Positions 12,783 through 23,837 of a stretch of 64,000 nt of DNA are shown in pieces. Position numbers and translations under genes: made by a program. The first letter of the stretch is position 1, and each line of letters begins with the position of its first letter. The stretch is from Macrostomum hystrix (taxonomy: Eukaryota; Animalia; Platyhelminthes). The stretch covers positions 434,001 through 498,000 of the forward strand of contig CATNEN010000028.1 in assembly GCA_950097015.1 (NCBI GenBank), written 5' to 3'. Below the pieces are notes generated by a model that did no database searches, was not told the DNA's origin, and worked only from the letters and a program-made list of their open reading frames with translations.

Positions 12783-13585
12783 CAATGATATAGTAATAAA
12801 CGGCTATGAGTGCTGCAATGTTTTTAACCGAGGGCGCGTAGCGCCCGAGTTTTAAAACTTTGCAGTACGAATAGCCGTTTATCACTGGCATTGTATACTT
12901 TTGGACCACAGACAGTTGGGGCGTGCAACAATCAGTCTCACGGAGCGGATATAGCCAGCGGTCTCGCGGGGCGTGCAGCAATCGATTATTTTGTCGATTG
13001 GTGCACGCCCGAAATGTCTATGGTCCAAAAGTATACAAAGTGGTGAAATATAACTGTGGCTTCAGACCCCGCATAGTGTGGGCGAAATGATCCGAGCTGG
13101 CGGGGTTCGGGACATAGACAGTAAAGGCGTGCAACAATCAGGCTTCATTGTACACTTTTGGAGGGGTTTTTTCCCAGCCACCAATGAAGCCTGATTGTTG
13201 CACGCCTTTACTGTCTATGTCCCGAACCCCGCCAGCTCGGATCATTTCGCCCACACTATGCGGGGTCTGAAGCCACAGTTATCTAAGTCAGGCGGTCTAC
13301 TTTTGGACCATAGACATTTCGGGCGTGCACCAATCGACAAAATAATCGATTGCTGCACGCCCCGCGAGACCGCTGGCTATATCCGCTCCGTGAGACTGAT
13401 TGTTGCACGCCCCAACTGTCTGTGGTCCAAAAGTATACAATGCCAGTGATAAACGGCTATTCGTACTGCAATGTTTTTAACCGAGGGAGCTACGCGCCCT
13501 CGGTTAAAAACATTGCAGCACTCATAGCCGTTTATTACTATATCATTGGTGGCTGGGAAAAAAACCCCTCCAAAAGTGTACAATG
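12783..13585. repeat. Large nested inverted repeat (~367-bp arms, 31-bp spacer, extra inverted spacer copy), probable non-autonomous foldback element
   Basis: 12783-13150 is the reverse complement of 13182-13548; spacer 13147-13186 reappears inverted at 13544-13585. Confidence 0.92.
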
Positions 13586-14239
13586 CTTGAACCAAACCAA
13601 ATCTTAGCAATGAGTATGAGCTTCTACAAGAAGCTTGTATTCCATAGTTTTAGTTACCCGTTAGGCTACACGTTTAGAACACACAAGCACAATTATGTAT
13701 TATAGCTACCATTATTGTGTGACGATGTCAGCAATTATGTAATCGTCAGTACATCAATTTTTTTCAGTTTTATGCAACTTTGTTAAAGTGTATTCTTTAG
13801 GCATGGTTTAGATTTATATTTGTTTATATTAACGTATTTTTGCCCGCTCTCTATATGTCTAGTGATAACGTACATTTGTTGATTCCTTAGCGTCTCTTAG
13901 GCCTAATTGTCACACTGTAGCCACCTTCAGTATAATAACTACCGCTACTCAATATATTCACTATCTTTATTGTCACAATAGCTGTGGGCGGATGTACGCT
14001 GTCGTTCTCTTACGTGGAAGCAGATTCTGTTTTGTTGTCAAGGGACCTTTTGAAACAGTATTAATCATTAAATTAGCAATTTACATCCTTCAATACATTT
14101 AAAAAACTAACAGCATGGTTTTAAGGAATAAAAATCAATATTTGCTTATCCATTTATGAGTCTACTCTAAGTTGCTGAAATTCTCGCTACTTTAAGTAGT
14201 GCCCCAGTGGACCTTGCCGCGGAATCGAGCTCAGGGACC

Positions 14240-14284
<45 letters not shown>

Positions 14285-14615
14285 GTAATTCAGGAGGGCT
14301 GCAGGCAATGGCACATCATTTGATGACACTAGACCCGCAGCCAGCGAGGATGCAATTCTGCCCATTTCGCTGACTCCTGAGCACACACGCACACAGATAC
14401 TGTACGCAGGCACACGCTCACACAGGTGTGACATCTGCCCTGACTTTCTCATCGTCAGGCAGTGTACATTTCACTGTGCCTTGTAGGTTGGCCCTCAAGG
14501 GCGTAAATTGCACGACAAGCCCCCAAGCCTTCTCTCCGCGGCTGCGACCCAAATAAATGTGACCTCGCCGTGGAATCGAACTTAGGGACCTTGGTGCGAG
14601 AGGCATTGTTCAGTC
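14240..14615 (-). mobile_element. tRNA-derived SINE family 2 copy with (ATT)n tail; a second head fragment lies at ~14199-14240
   Basis: Close reverse-complement match to 49578-49940; box B aagttcgattcc. Confidence 0.85.
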
Positions 14616-14894
14616 TCACGTCTAATCAATATTCTCTTACTATTTTTAACCTTTTGTGACAAAAAAGAGAACAGTTAAAAATTGCTTAGCTTTTCAATTC
14701 TCGAGCAATGCCAATAGCTTGCTTCCGATCGCTACTGAATGGCAAAAGCTTAAATAGCATTGCATAGTTTATATACACACATATTGCTTAAAACAATAGC
14801 GCCCTCTTCAGTACTGCTTTTAGTCGCACAAAAACGTAAAACAAGTTAAAAAAGGCTTTTTATTGAAAAAAAACATAAGGTCTAACAAATGTTA

Positions 14895-15856
14895 CACAAT
14901 TGGAGATGTGTAGGTAAACAATATTGGAGGTGTGGGTAAAAAAATATTGAGGATGTGTGGGTAAACAATATTGGAGATGTGTAGGTAAACAATATTGGAG
15001 ATGTGTGGGTAAACAATATTGGAGATGTGTGGGTAAACAATATTTGGGGATGTGTGGGTAAACAATATTGGAGATGTGTGGGTAAACAATATTGGGGATG
15101 TGTGGGTAAAGAATATTGGATATGTGTGGGTAAACAAGATTGGATATGTGTGGGTAAACAATATTGGATATGTGTGGGTAAACAATATTGGATATGTGTG
15201 GGTAAACAATATTGGATATGTGTGGGTAAACAATATTGAGGATGTGTGGGTAAACAAGATTAGAGATGTGTGGGTAAACAAGATTAGAGGTGTGTGGGTA
15301 AACAATATTGGAGACGTGTGGGTAAACAATATTGAGGATGTGTGGGTAAACAAGAATAGAGATGTGTGGGTAAACAATATTGAGGATATGTGGGTAAACA
15401 AGATTAGTGGTGTGTGGGTAAACAATATTGGAGATGTGTGGGTAAACAATATTGGAGATGTGTGGGTAAACTATATTGAGGATGTGTGGGTAAACAAGAT
15501 TAGTGGTGTGTGGGTAAACAATATTGGAGATGTGTGGGTAAACAATATTGAGGATGTGTGGGTAAACAAGATTAGAGATGTGTGGGTAAACAAGATTAGA
15601 GGTGTGTGGGTAAACAATATTGGAGATGTGTGGGTAAACAATATTGAGGATGTGTGGGTAAACAAGATTAGAGGTGTGTGGGTAAACAACATTAGAGGTT
15701 TGTGGGTAAACAACATTAGAGGTTTGTGGGTAAACAATATTGGAGATGTGTGGGTAAACAATATTGGAGATGTGTGGGTAAACAATATTGGATATGTGTG
15801 GGTAAACAATATTGAGGATGTGTGGGTAAACAAGATTAGTGGTGTGTGGGTAAACA
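14895..15856. repeat. 24-bp minisatellite (gtgtgggtaaacaatattggagat)
   Basis: Direct. Confidence 0.96.
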
Positions 15857-16028
15857 TGGATAGATTATTGAGACAGGGCCTAGTCGCTCACGATAATAGA
15901 CAAGCCGAATTCAAAACTTGTCACTTGTCAATAAAATCAGACTACTAAGGACCGGTAATTTAGACGAACAAGTAAAAATGCACAAACAGTAAGAATGCAG
16001 AAACTACGCTGAAACTAGCACTCGCAAT

Positions 16029-18095
16029 TCAGCCCCACATTCCGCGACCAACACGTTTATCATAGGGGTGACTGCGCTGCACATAGTATTCGGGAGGTGG
16101 CCGCGCGGTGGGGTCCCGACAATAGCCCCGGTGGTCCACAATGTAGTAATCGGACTCCGCCTGCTGCTGCTGCATTGATGACATCTGCATTTCAGCAGAT
16201 GATTCGGCGGAACCAAAGCCAGGCGGCGGAACAGTCGGACTTGAAAATGGCTGTCGAGTGAGTCGATAGTCTTGATCGGTGGAGGGTGGTACAAACGGCG
16301 GCTGCTGCTGCTGTTGCGGCGGTCCCGACTGTCCATACGATTCTTGGTAGGAGCCTTCGAACCGCTCGAGATCTTCGCCGTACTCACCGCCGAAGCCAAC
16401 GTCGCCGCTCTGACCGCGGAACTCGTTAAATCTGTTGTCAGAGCTGCCGCCATCACCACCGCGTCCCCGCCCACCGGGAAATTCGCCAAATCCACCGCGT
16501 CCTCCGCGATCACCGCCGCTCGGGAACTCACGATAGTCGCCAAAGCCGCTCGCGTGGAGGTCCTCGAAGCCGCCGCGACCCTGGCCTCTGCTGCCAAAAC
16601 CGCCGCGGCCTCCAGTGTCTTCGCCTTCCCAATAATCACGCTGGTAGCCCCCTTCGCCACTTCCGCCTCGACCGCGGCCCCTGCCGCCGCTGTAACCTCC
16701 GCGGCCTCCATCGCCGTCGCCTTCCCTGTAAAATTCGTCGAAGCCGCCGTCTCGCCCGCGGCCACCACGACCTCGACCTCTGCCGCCGCGGAATTCTCTG
16801 CCAAATCCGCCTCCATCGCCCTCATTGAAGTCCTGGAAGCCGCGACCTCGACCTCGGCCGCCATGGTATTCTCCACCGAAGCTGCTGCCACCATCGTCAT
16901 CGTTGTAGCCTCCGTCGCCACCACCGGCGCGACCACGACCACGCCCACGAAACTCGCCTCCGAAGTCTCTGCGACCTTCACCTTCTGAATATCCTTCAAA
17001 GCTTGCATCTCTGCTTCCTCCGCGGCCACGCCCTCTGTAGCCAGTGAAGCGGCCGCCACGACCTTCATTATCTTGATTCCATTCGAAGCTTCCGTCAACT
17101 CCTTCACCACGTCCTCGACCCCGACCTCTTCCTCGAAATTCACCTACAAAGCCACCGCGAACTTCACCTTCTTCCGAATGACCTTCAAAGCTTCCGCCAC
17201 GTCCTCGACCTCGCCCTCCAAAGCCACCGCGACCTTCGGCTTGGAGTGGATAATCTTCAAAGCTTCCGTCAACGCCTCCACCGCGACCGCGACCTCTTCC
17301 ACGAAACTCACCTCCGAAGCCACCGCGACCTTCGCTTTCAGGATGACCTTCAAAGCTTCCGTCGCCACCTCCGCCGCGACCGCGACCTCTTCCACGAAAC
17401 TCGCCACCGAAGCCGCTGTGAGCTTCGCCTTCGTCCGAATGACCTTCAAAGCTTCCATCGCCTCCTCCGCCACGTCCACGACCTCTTCCACGAAATTCGA
17501 TTCCGCCACGACCGCGACCTTGACCTTCTGCTTGACTTTCAAAGCTTCCATCACCACCTCCACCGCGTCCTCTTCCACGAAACTCGCCTCCGAAGCCACC
17601 GCGAGCTTCGCTTTCGTCCAAATACCCTTCAAAGCTTCCATCGCCTCCTCCGCCACGTCCTCGACCTCTTCCACGAAACTCGCCTCCGAAGCCACCGCGA
17701 CCTTCACTTTCCGGATGACCTTCAAAGATTCCGTCCCGACCTCGTCCCATGCCGCCTCCGCCGCCCCTTCCGCGGCCTCTACCGCCTCGCATTCCGTAGC
17801 CGTCGCCGTCAAACGCCCCGGGACCGCCTCTGCCTCTGCCGCCACCTCGACTGTCGTCAAAGCCGCCGCGCTCTTTATTATCCTTAGCCAGCGCAACGTA
17901 AATTCTTTTGCCGTTAAACTGCTGGTCCGTAAGGCCCTGAATCGCGGCCTGCGCAGCCATTTCGTCCTCCATACAGACGAAGGCGAATTCTTTCACCAGA
18001 TTGCACGACGTGACCCGACCGAAGCTGGCGAAGGCGGCCTCTAATTCAGCAGCGTTGGCGCCGGGTAGCAGGCCGCCAACGAATAGCTTGACCAT
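16029..18095 (-). CDS. Intronless RRM protein (RBM4/lark-type RRM) with ~550-aa RGG/FEG repeat low-complexity tail (~688 aa)
   Basis: ATG at 18095; VKLFVGGL (RNP2), VKEFAFVCM (RNP1), FNGKRIYVALAK; repeated GEFRGRGRGRGGGGDGSFEG units; Q/P-rich C-terminus. Confidence 0.9.
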   Translation of the reverse strand: MVKLFVGGLLPGANAAELEAAFASFGRVTSCNLVKEFAFVCMEDEMAAQAAIQGLTDQQFNGKRIYVALAKDNKERGGFDDSRGGGRGRGGPGAFDGDGYGMRGGRGRGRGGGGGMGRGRDGIFEGHPESEGRGGFGGEFRGRGRGRGGGGDGSFEGYLDESEARGGFGGEFRGRGRGGGGDGSFESQAEGQGRGRGGIEFRGRGRGRGGGGDGSFEGHSDEGEAHSGFGGEFRGRGRGRGGGGDGSFEGHPESEGRGGFGGEFRGRGRGRGGGVDGSFEDYPLQAEGRGGFGGRGRGRGGSFEGHSEEGEVRGGFVGEFRGRGRGRGRGEGVDGSFEWNQDNEGRGGRFTGYRGRGRGGSRDASFEGYSEGEGRRDFGGEFRGRGRGRAGGGDGGYNDDDGGSSFGGEYHGGRGRGRGFQDFNEGDGGGFGREFRGGRGRGRGGRGRDGGFDEFYREGDGDGGRGGYSGGRGRGRGGSGEGGYQRDYWEGEDTGGRGGFGSRGQGRGGFEDLHASGFGDYREFPSGGDRGGRGGFGEFPGGRGRGGDGGSSDNRFNEFRGQSGDVGFGGEYGEDLERFEGSYQESYGQSGPPQQQQQPPFVPPSTDQDYRLTRQPFSSPTVPPPGFGSAESSAEMQMSSMQQQQAESDYYIVDHRGYCRDPTARPPPEYYVQRSHPYDKRVGRGMWG

Positions 18096-18344
18096 GATAA
18101 ATCTCTGCTTTAACAACCGCGCCCGCTATTCTATGTGCGGTTTTGAGGGCTATATTTGATATGCTCAATACGATTGTATGGCTGACTAGATAATGTTCTG
18201 CGTCTACTGGCTGTGGGAACAATGCGGTAGCTAGTCAGTTATAATAGAATCATTTAATTGATGGCAAAAGCAAACTATGGTTAAAAAATTCCTGCAATAC
18301 ACAATTCTAGACACACGACACCTTGATTACAAACTGCTCTTCTG

Positions 18345-18910
18345 ACACATTCCTACAGACATGATTCTACAGACAAATCTCTACAGACAAATCTCTACAG
18401 ACATGATTCTACAGACAAATCTCTACAGACATGATTCTACAGTCAAATCTCTACAGACATGATTCTACAGACAAATCTCTACAGACATGATTCTACAGAC
18501 ATGATTCTACAGACAAATCTCTACAGACATGTTTCTACAGACATGATTCTACAGTCAAATCTCTACTGACATGATTCTACAGACAAATCTCTACAGACAT
18601 GATTCTACAGACAAATCTCTACAGACATGATTCTACAGACAAATCTCTACAGACATGATTCTACAGACAAATCTCTACAGACATGATTCTACAGACAAAT
18701 CTCTACAGACATGATTCTACAGACAAATCTCTACAGACATGATTCTACAGACAAATCTCTACAGACATGATTCTACAGACAAATCTCTACAGTCAAATCT
18801 CTACAGACATGATTCTGCAGACAAATCTCTACAGACATGATTCTACAGACACATCCCTACCGACCTGATTCTACTGGCACATCCCTACCGACCTGATTCT
18901 ACTGGCACAT
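18345..18910. repeat. 14/28-bp minisatellite (acatgattctacag / acaaatctctacag)
   Basis: Direct. Confidence 0.94.
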
Positions 18911-19249
18911 CTCCCAAAAGAATATAAATGTCAAACACAATTCTCGTAGCTGATAGTGATAATATAATTAGACTGAAAAATTTTTTTAAATGTGTTAAAA
19001 ATTCACACACAGATTGACGATGAATAATGGATTAAAAAACATGAGAGACGTTCGCAATACACTGTTAATGATAGGCAGCACGCGGAAATCGTGACTTCTT
19101 TTTGCTTAATTCACACTTGTTTTGACTTGTATGCACATGCTGAGGTACATGAGGTTTCCAAATTCACAGGTCCGGTAATAAATAAACTAGGCTAAGAATA
19201 TCTACTAACACATGCGAAGAACTTATATAACCTAATAAAGGTTTCGCAC

Positions 19250-19445
19250 AGCTGTTCAGTCCATGGACTGGAAAGGCCGCAAAACCTACCCAAATTTCTA
19301 CACCAGCTAATACATTTTACAGCAGGGTGAACTGAAGGCACAAGGGAATTTTGTGCCTTGCTTAAAAGCACAAATAGTTTCACCTGAGATTTGAACTCCC
19401 GACCGCTAGGTCAGAATTCCTTGGCCTTAATCACTGGACTGAGAG
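19250..19445 (-). mobile_element. Degenerate SINE family 1 copy
   Basis: cagtccatggact...agggtgaactgaa...ttgtgccttgcttaaaagcacaaat...atttgaactcccgacc matches the reverse complement of 2920-3110. Confidence 0.55.
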
Positions 19446-19549
19446 TTTATTTCAACAGTAGAGAGACCAGTAGTGGTCTGTATTCTTTTAATGCTATAAT
19501 CAGCCACAATAGCCAGCTACACCAGTGCTATCAAATAGCAGCTTAGAAA

Positions 19550-22447
19550 TCAGATAAGTCTGGTGTCCTCCAGTGACTCAATCACAGCGTCGTACACAAA
19601 GCGATACTGCCTAGGACAGGCGACCAGGCGCATTCTTTGACCCCGCAGGGCGCACAGCACAGTCGGCAAGCTCAATGGCAGATTGTACTGCAGACAGGCC
19701 CGGTACACCAGTGCAGTCAGGGTCAGGCCGCAGTGACTGGCGCCATCGGAGCAGTGCAGCAGCAGGCGAACCGTCTGCCTAACTGAAGAATCTTCGTCGG
19801 CGAGACTTTCTTCAACTTTGCCGGCACTGTCATCGTTTTCCGCAAAGGAGTCGCGCTGGAGTTGAAGAGCTCGACGAAGAGCGTCCAGTTCGTCTAGGAA
19901 AGCTGCGATTGGCGTTAGAAAATCAGCAACTGTTACAACAAACTCAAGTCTTTGTTATGGGGCCCAATGACCCCCCGAGAGGGTCAACTGACCTACCATT
20001 AAAGTCACCGATGACTAGACCCAGCTGAAGAGTGTCAACTGACCCCCATCGAAATCCCTGACAACGAGACCTAGCTGAAGTGGGTCAACTGACCCCATCG
20101 AAGTCACTGATGACTAGACCTAGCTGAAGTGGGTCAACTGACCCCATCGAAGTCACTGATGACTAGACCCAGCTGAAGAGTGTCAACTGACCCCCATCGA
20201 AATCCCTGACAACGAGACCTAGCTGAAGTGGGTCAACTGACCCCATCGAAGTCACTGATGACTAGACCTAGCTGAAGTGGGTCAACTGACCCCATCGAAG
20301 TCACTGATGACTAGACCTAGCTGAAGTGGGTCAACTGACCCCATCGAAGTCACTGATGACTAGACCTAGCTGAAGTGGGTCAACTGACCCCATCGAAGTC
20401 ACTGATGACTAGACCTAGCTGAAGTGGGTCAACTGACCCCATCGAAGTCACTGATGACTAGACCTAGCTGAAGTGGGTCAACTGACCCCATCGAAGTCAC
20501 TGATGACTAGACCTAGCTGAAGTGGGTCAACTGACCCCCATCAAAGTCCCTGATAACGAGACCTAGCTGAAGAGGGTCAACTTACCTACCATCATGCTCA
20601 GTGATAAAGAGACCTAGCTCAAGTGGTTTAACTGACCCCTGAACTTACAGATAGCGTGATAGAAAGTCTCAATTGAATTGGCCAAAATAAAACGAGGCCC
20701 TATAAATTGGGTCAGTCAACTGACCTGCCTTTTAGGGAGGGGAGATGCAGCTGAATGTATCAGAGCAGGACTCACAATTATTTAGGTTTAATAGGCTACT
20801 AATTAAAATTATTCGCAAGAAATCGTATTTTAGTGCCCCGCAACCACATTTAGCTACATTTTGTTGCAAAGAACAAAATTCAACGACGAAAAAACGTTAC
20901 AACAAGCATGTAGAATTTCAAATTGCGCGCAGTGCAAAAATAATTAATTACGCACTTCTCCGCACTCACTGAGAAACTCCCTCAGGCTGGCTGGCACGCG
21001 GCCGTCCCTACTCCAGCCGCCAGTGTAGTCCAGCAGCCAAATGTCCCTACTAAGCCTGCCAGACGTCAAACGGACCAGCTTGGCAGACGAAGCGCCGCCG
21101 GTGCAACTGTCCGCACTGCCCATAGCAACTAGGCCAACATGCAGACCGCCGTCGCACACGAAGCGTTCCTCGTTGCCTAGGCAACAAGTATTAGTGAGCG
21201 CCGGTCCAACCCTAGCAACCACCCGAGCTGCGCTGTGCCAGACAACTCGCCAAAACTCCGACCTCAAATTTGGTCCAATCGGGCTAGCAGCCGTCACGAA
21301 AGCGTCCGAGGCGTCCGTCACGGCATCTCTGGACGTCCACTCGCTGCTACCAACGCCGCCAGGTCGTTGTAGTTGTCGATGACGGAGACGACGATGTCTA
21401 AGACAAGCGACGTCAATCATTGAAGCATTATAATATCCAGTTGGATTAGCAAGAGTCGGCGGCAGGACAACACGATTTACATCGTATGGAATCACTTCCG
21501 AGCTGGAAGATTCCGGTACATTAGCAGTCCGGCTGGTGGAAGAAGCCAATGGAATAGACGAGTGCTCGGCATTGAGGTCGACATGAGATCGATGCAGCTC
21601 AAGCTGATGACGCTGCCAAGTTTTGAGAAATCCAGGGAGACAAGATGATTAAACATAGAATGATTGCACTGAACTTTTCACTCTTATATTTAAGTGATTC
21701 CATTAAATTTTTCACTCTTACATGGAGGTAGGCGATTGCACTGAACTTTTCACTCTTACATTGAGGTGACTGCTCTAGTCGTTTTACTCAAGTGTGAATA
21801 TACTGCCCTAGACTTTTCACTCTAGTGTGAATATACTGGCCTAGACTTTTCACTCTAGGGTGAATATACTGGCCTAGACTTTTCACTCTAGTGTGAATAT
21901 ACTGGCCTAGACTTTTCACTCTAGTGTGAATATACTGGCCTAGACTTTTCACGCTAGTGTGAATATACTGGCCTAGACTTTTCACGCTAGTGTGAATATA
22001 CTGCCCGACTTTTCAGGCTAGTGTGAATACATTGTCATAGACTTTTCACTCTAAATTCGAGTGATTGAACTGAACTTTTCACTCTAACGTGAATACAATG
22101 ACTTCGACTTTTTATTGAAGTGTCACAATGGCATGGACTTTTCACTCTACAAGTGAGGTTACTGCACTGGACTTTTTACCCTACAGGGGAGAGGCTTAAC
22201 TTAAATTTACTGTACAGAAAGTGAAAGTCAATAGATTCTATTATATAACAAATTGCTAGAAACATCTCGTTTAGTGCTATAAGTGTAACTCTTAATCCTA
22301 AATTTAGTTGCTAGCGAGTTAAACTACAAAGCTGAGCAATGATCTCACCAGTTCATCTCTAGGCAAAGTTGTTCGCACAGCGGCGGAGCAGTCAACAGTC
22401 TGCTCGAGCAACAAATTAGCTCTGCTGACTGTTAGTGTGGAGTTCAT
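19550..22447 (-). CDS. Protein-tyrosine-phosphatase-domain protein, predicted catalytically dead, Pez/PTPN14/21-like C-terminus (exons ~22349-22447, 20970-~21613, 19550-19902)
   Basis: VIPYDVNRVVL, YYNASMI, EFWRVVW, LLHCSDGASHCG, LRGQRMRLV..PRQYRFVYDAV, ends TRLI*; junction CTC A|gtgagt...cgcag|CT TTC is frame-consistent; the 5' exon is less certain. Confidence 0.75.
19975..20640. repeat. 49-bp minisatellite with internal palindrome gggtca-ac-tgaccc, in PTP intron
   Basis: Period 49 measured between 20341 and 20390. Confidence 0.93.
21665..22190. repeat. 33-bp minisatellite (ctagacttttcactctagtgtgaatatactggc) with degenerate flanks
   Basis: Direct. Confidence 0.9.
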
Positions 22448-23479
22448 TGACAAAACTGTTCTAGTGCCAAAAGTCTCCTAACTTTCTAATTATGCATAAA
22501 ACACAATTCGACACAATTATTAGAATTTATGAAACGAAATGAAACATGGCCGGGAGGGTAGTTTGTATAGGTGTTTGTGCAGGAAATTTTTGGATTGGCT
22601 TGTTTAGGAAAACTAATTGCAGAAGAGAGAAGCAGGAGGCTAGAGTGTTAGCGGAATGACTCACCCTTAGCCAAGGCAAGGCTAAAATTGCCAGTTTCTT
22701 AGGCAACAAACTCTTCTTTTCTTATTAAAAGACATTGTACATACCTGACTGTGTAGAATGTCTATATAGAATAATTATTGCGTAGAGAGAATGTGGGCTG
22801 GTACGTTGAGAGAGCAGCGCTGTACATAACGAACACTTAACGCACGATTGCATATCATTCGAAACAGTTGGCGACAATGTAACAGCTCTCGCCAGCCTCA
22901 ACAAAACCATTTTTCCTTTCCGGGTCTCAGTTGGTTAAGAAACACAACTGCCTTTGTGTGTTTAAGCGAGTAAAGTGCAAACATGAAATCTATTTTTTGA
23001 CTATTGCAGATACATAAAAGACGTATAAAATTACCTTGCTAGCAGAGTGAAGCGATTTTCAAATTTCCAACTCATTTTTTTAGTCACGGTCTGTCTTTGA
23101 AAATTAGCTGAAATTTGACACGTGGAAAAGTTTACGGATAGTGACATGATCAAGGGATAAGTTAAAACACGAAAAAATATAATTCTAACAAGCTATCTAA
23201 CAATAATATATTTCTAATTCGTGCTATTTATTTAAATAGGAAACTACTGAACTTAAAAAACCAATTCTAAGTACTATAAGTAGACACGGAATCAAATCAT
23301 TCTGTAATTTGTACAACTAAATACAACCAGGATGATAAAATTTTGAACCTTTCGAAAACATATAAACACTAAACAGTCTAGATTTTTTCCTTGACTAGCA
23401 TATACTGATAGACAGTTATATACACCTTTAAAGCGAAATATAAAGTACAGTAAATAAGTTTTTGAGTACAATGGAGACA

Positions 23480-23830
23480 CGGGACAGGACAGGTAAAGAT
23501 AAGGAATGAGGGAAATGAGGACAGGTAAAGAAAAGGACTGAGGGAAATGAGAACTGAGGGAGATAAGGACAGGTAAAGATAAGGACTGAGGGAGATAAGG
23601 ACAGGTAAAGATAAGGACTGAGGGAAATGAGAACAGGTAAAGATAAGGACTGAGGGAAATGCGGACAGGTAAAGATAAGGACTGAGGGAAATGACAGGTA
23701 AAGATAAGGACTGAGGGAAATGAGAACAGGTAAAGATAAGGACTGAGGGAAATGCGGACAGGTAAAGATAAGGACTGAGGGAGATGAAAACTGGTAAAGA
23801 TATGGACTTAGGGAAATGATGACAGGTAAC
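23480..23830. repeat. Purine-rich ~30-33-bp minisatellite (acaggtaaagataaggactgagggaaatgag) immediately 3' of the MEMO1 stop
   Basis: Direct. Confidence 0.9.
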
Positions 23831-23837
23831 AACGTGA

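Noticed and set aside
12783-13585. CRISPR-like array, or the small ORFs at 12715-12981, 13350-13607 and 13377-13610
   Set aside because: Eukaryotic context, repeats are inverted rather than direct with unique spacers, no cas genes; the ORFs are mirror products of the palindrome
16004-18044. Long alternative-frame and antisense ORFs overlapping the RRM-RGG gene
   Set aside because: Expected shadow ORFs of GC-rich Gly/Arg codon repeats; no domain signal
19975-20640. Satellite-encoded hammerhead ribozyme (CTGATGA plus stems in each 49-bp unit)
   Set aside because: The GAAA core is absent (TGAAG instead) and no stem I pairing is possible, even as a dimer
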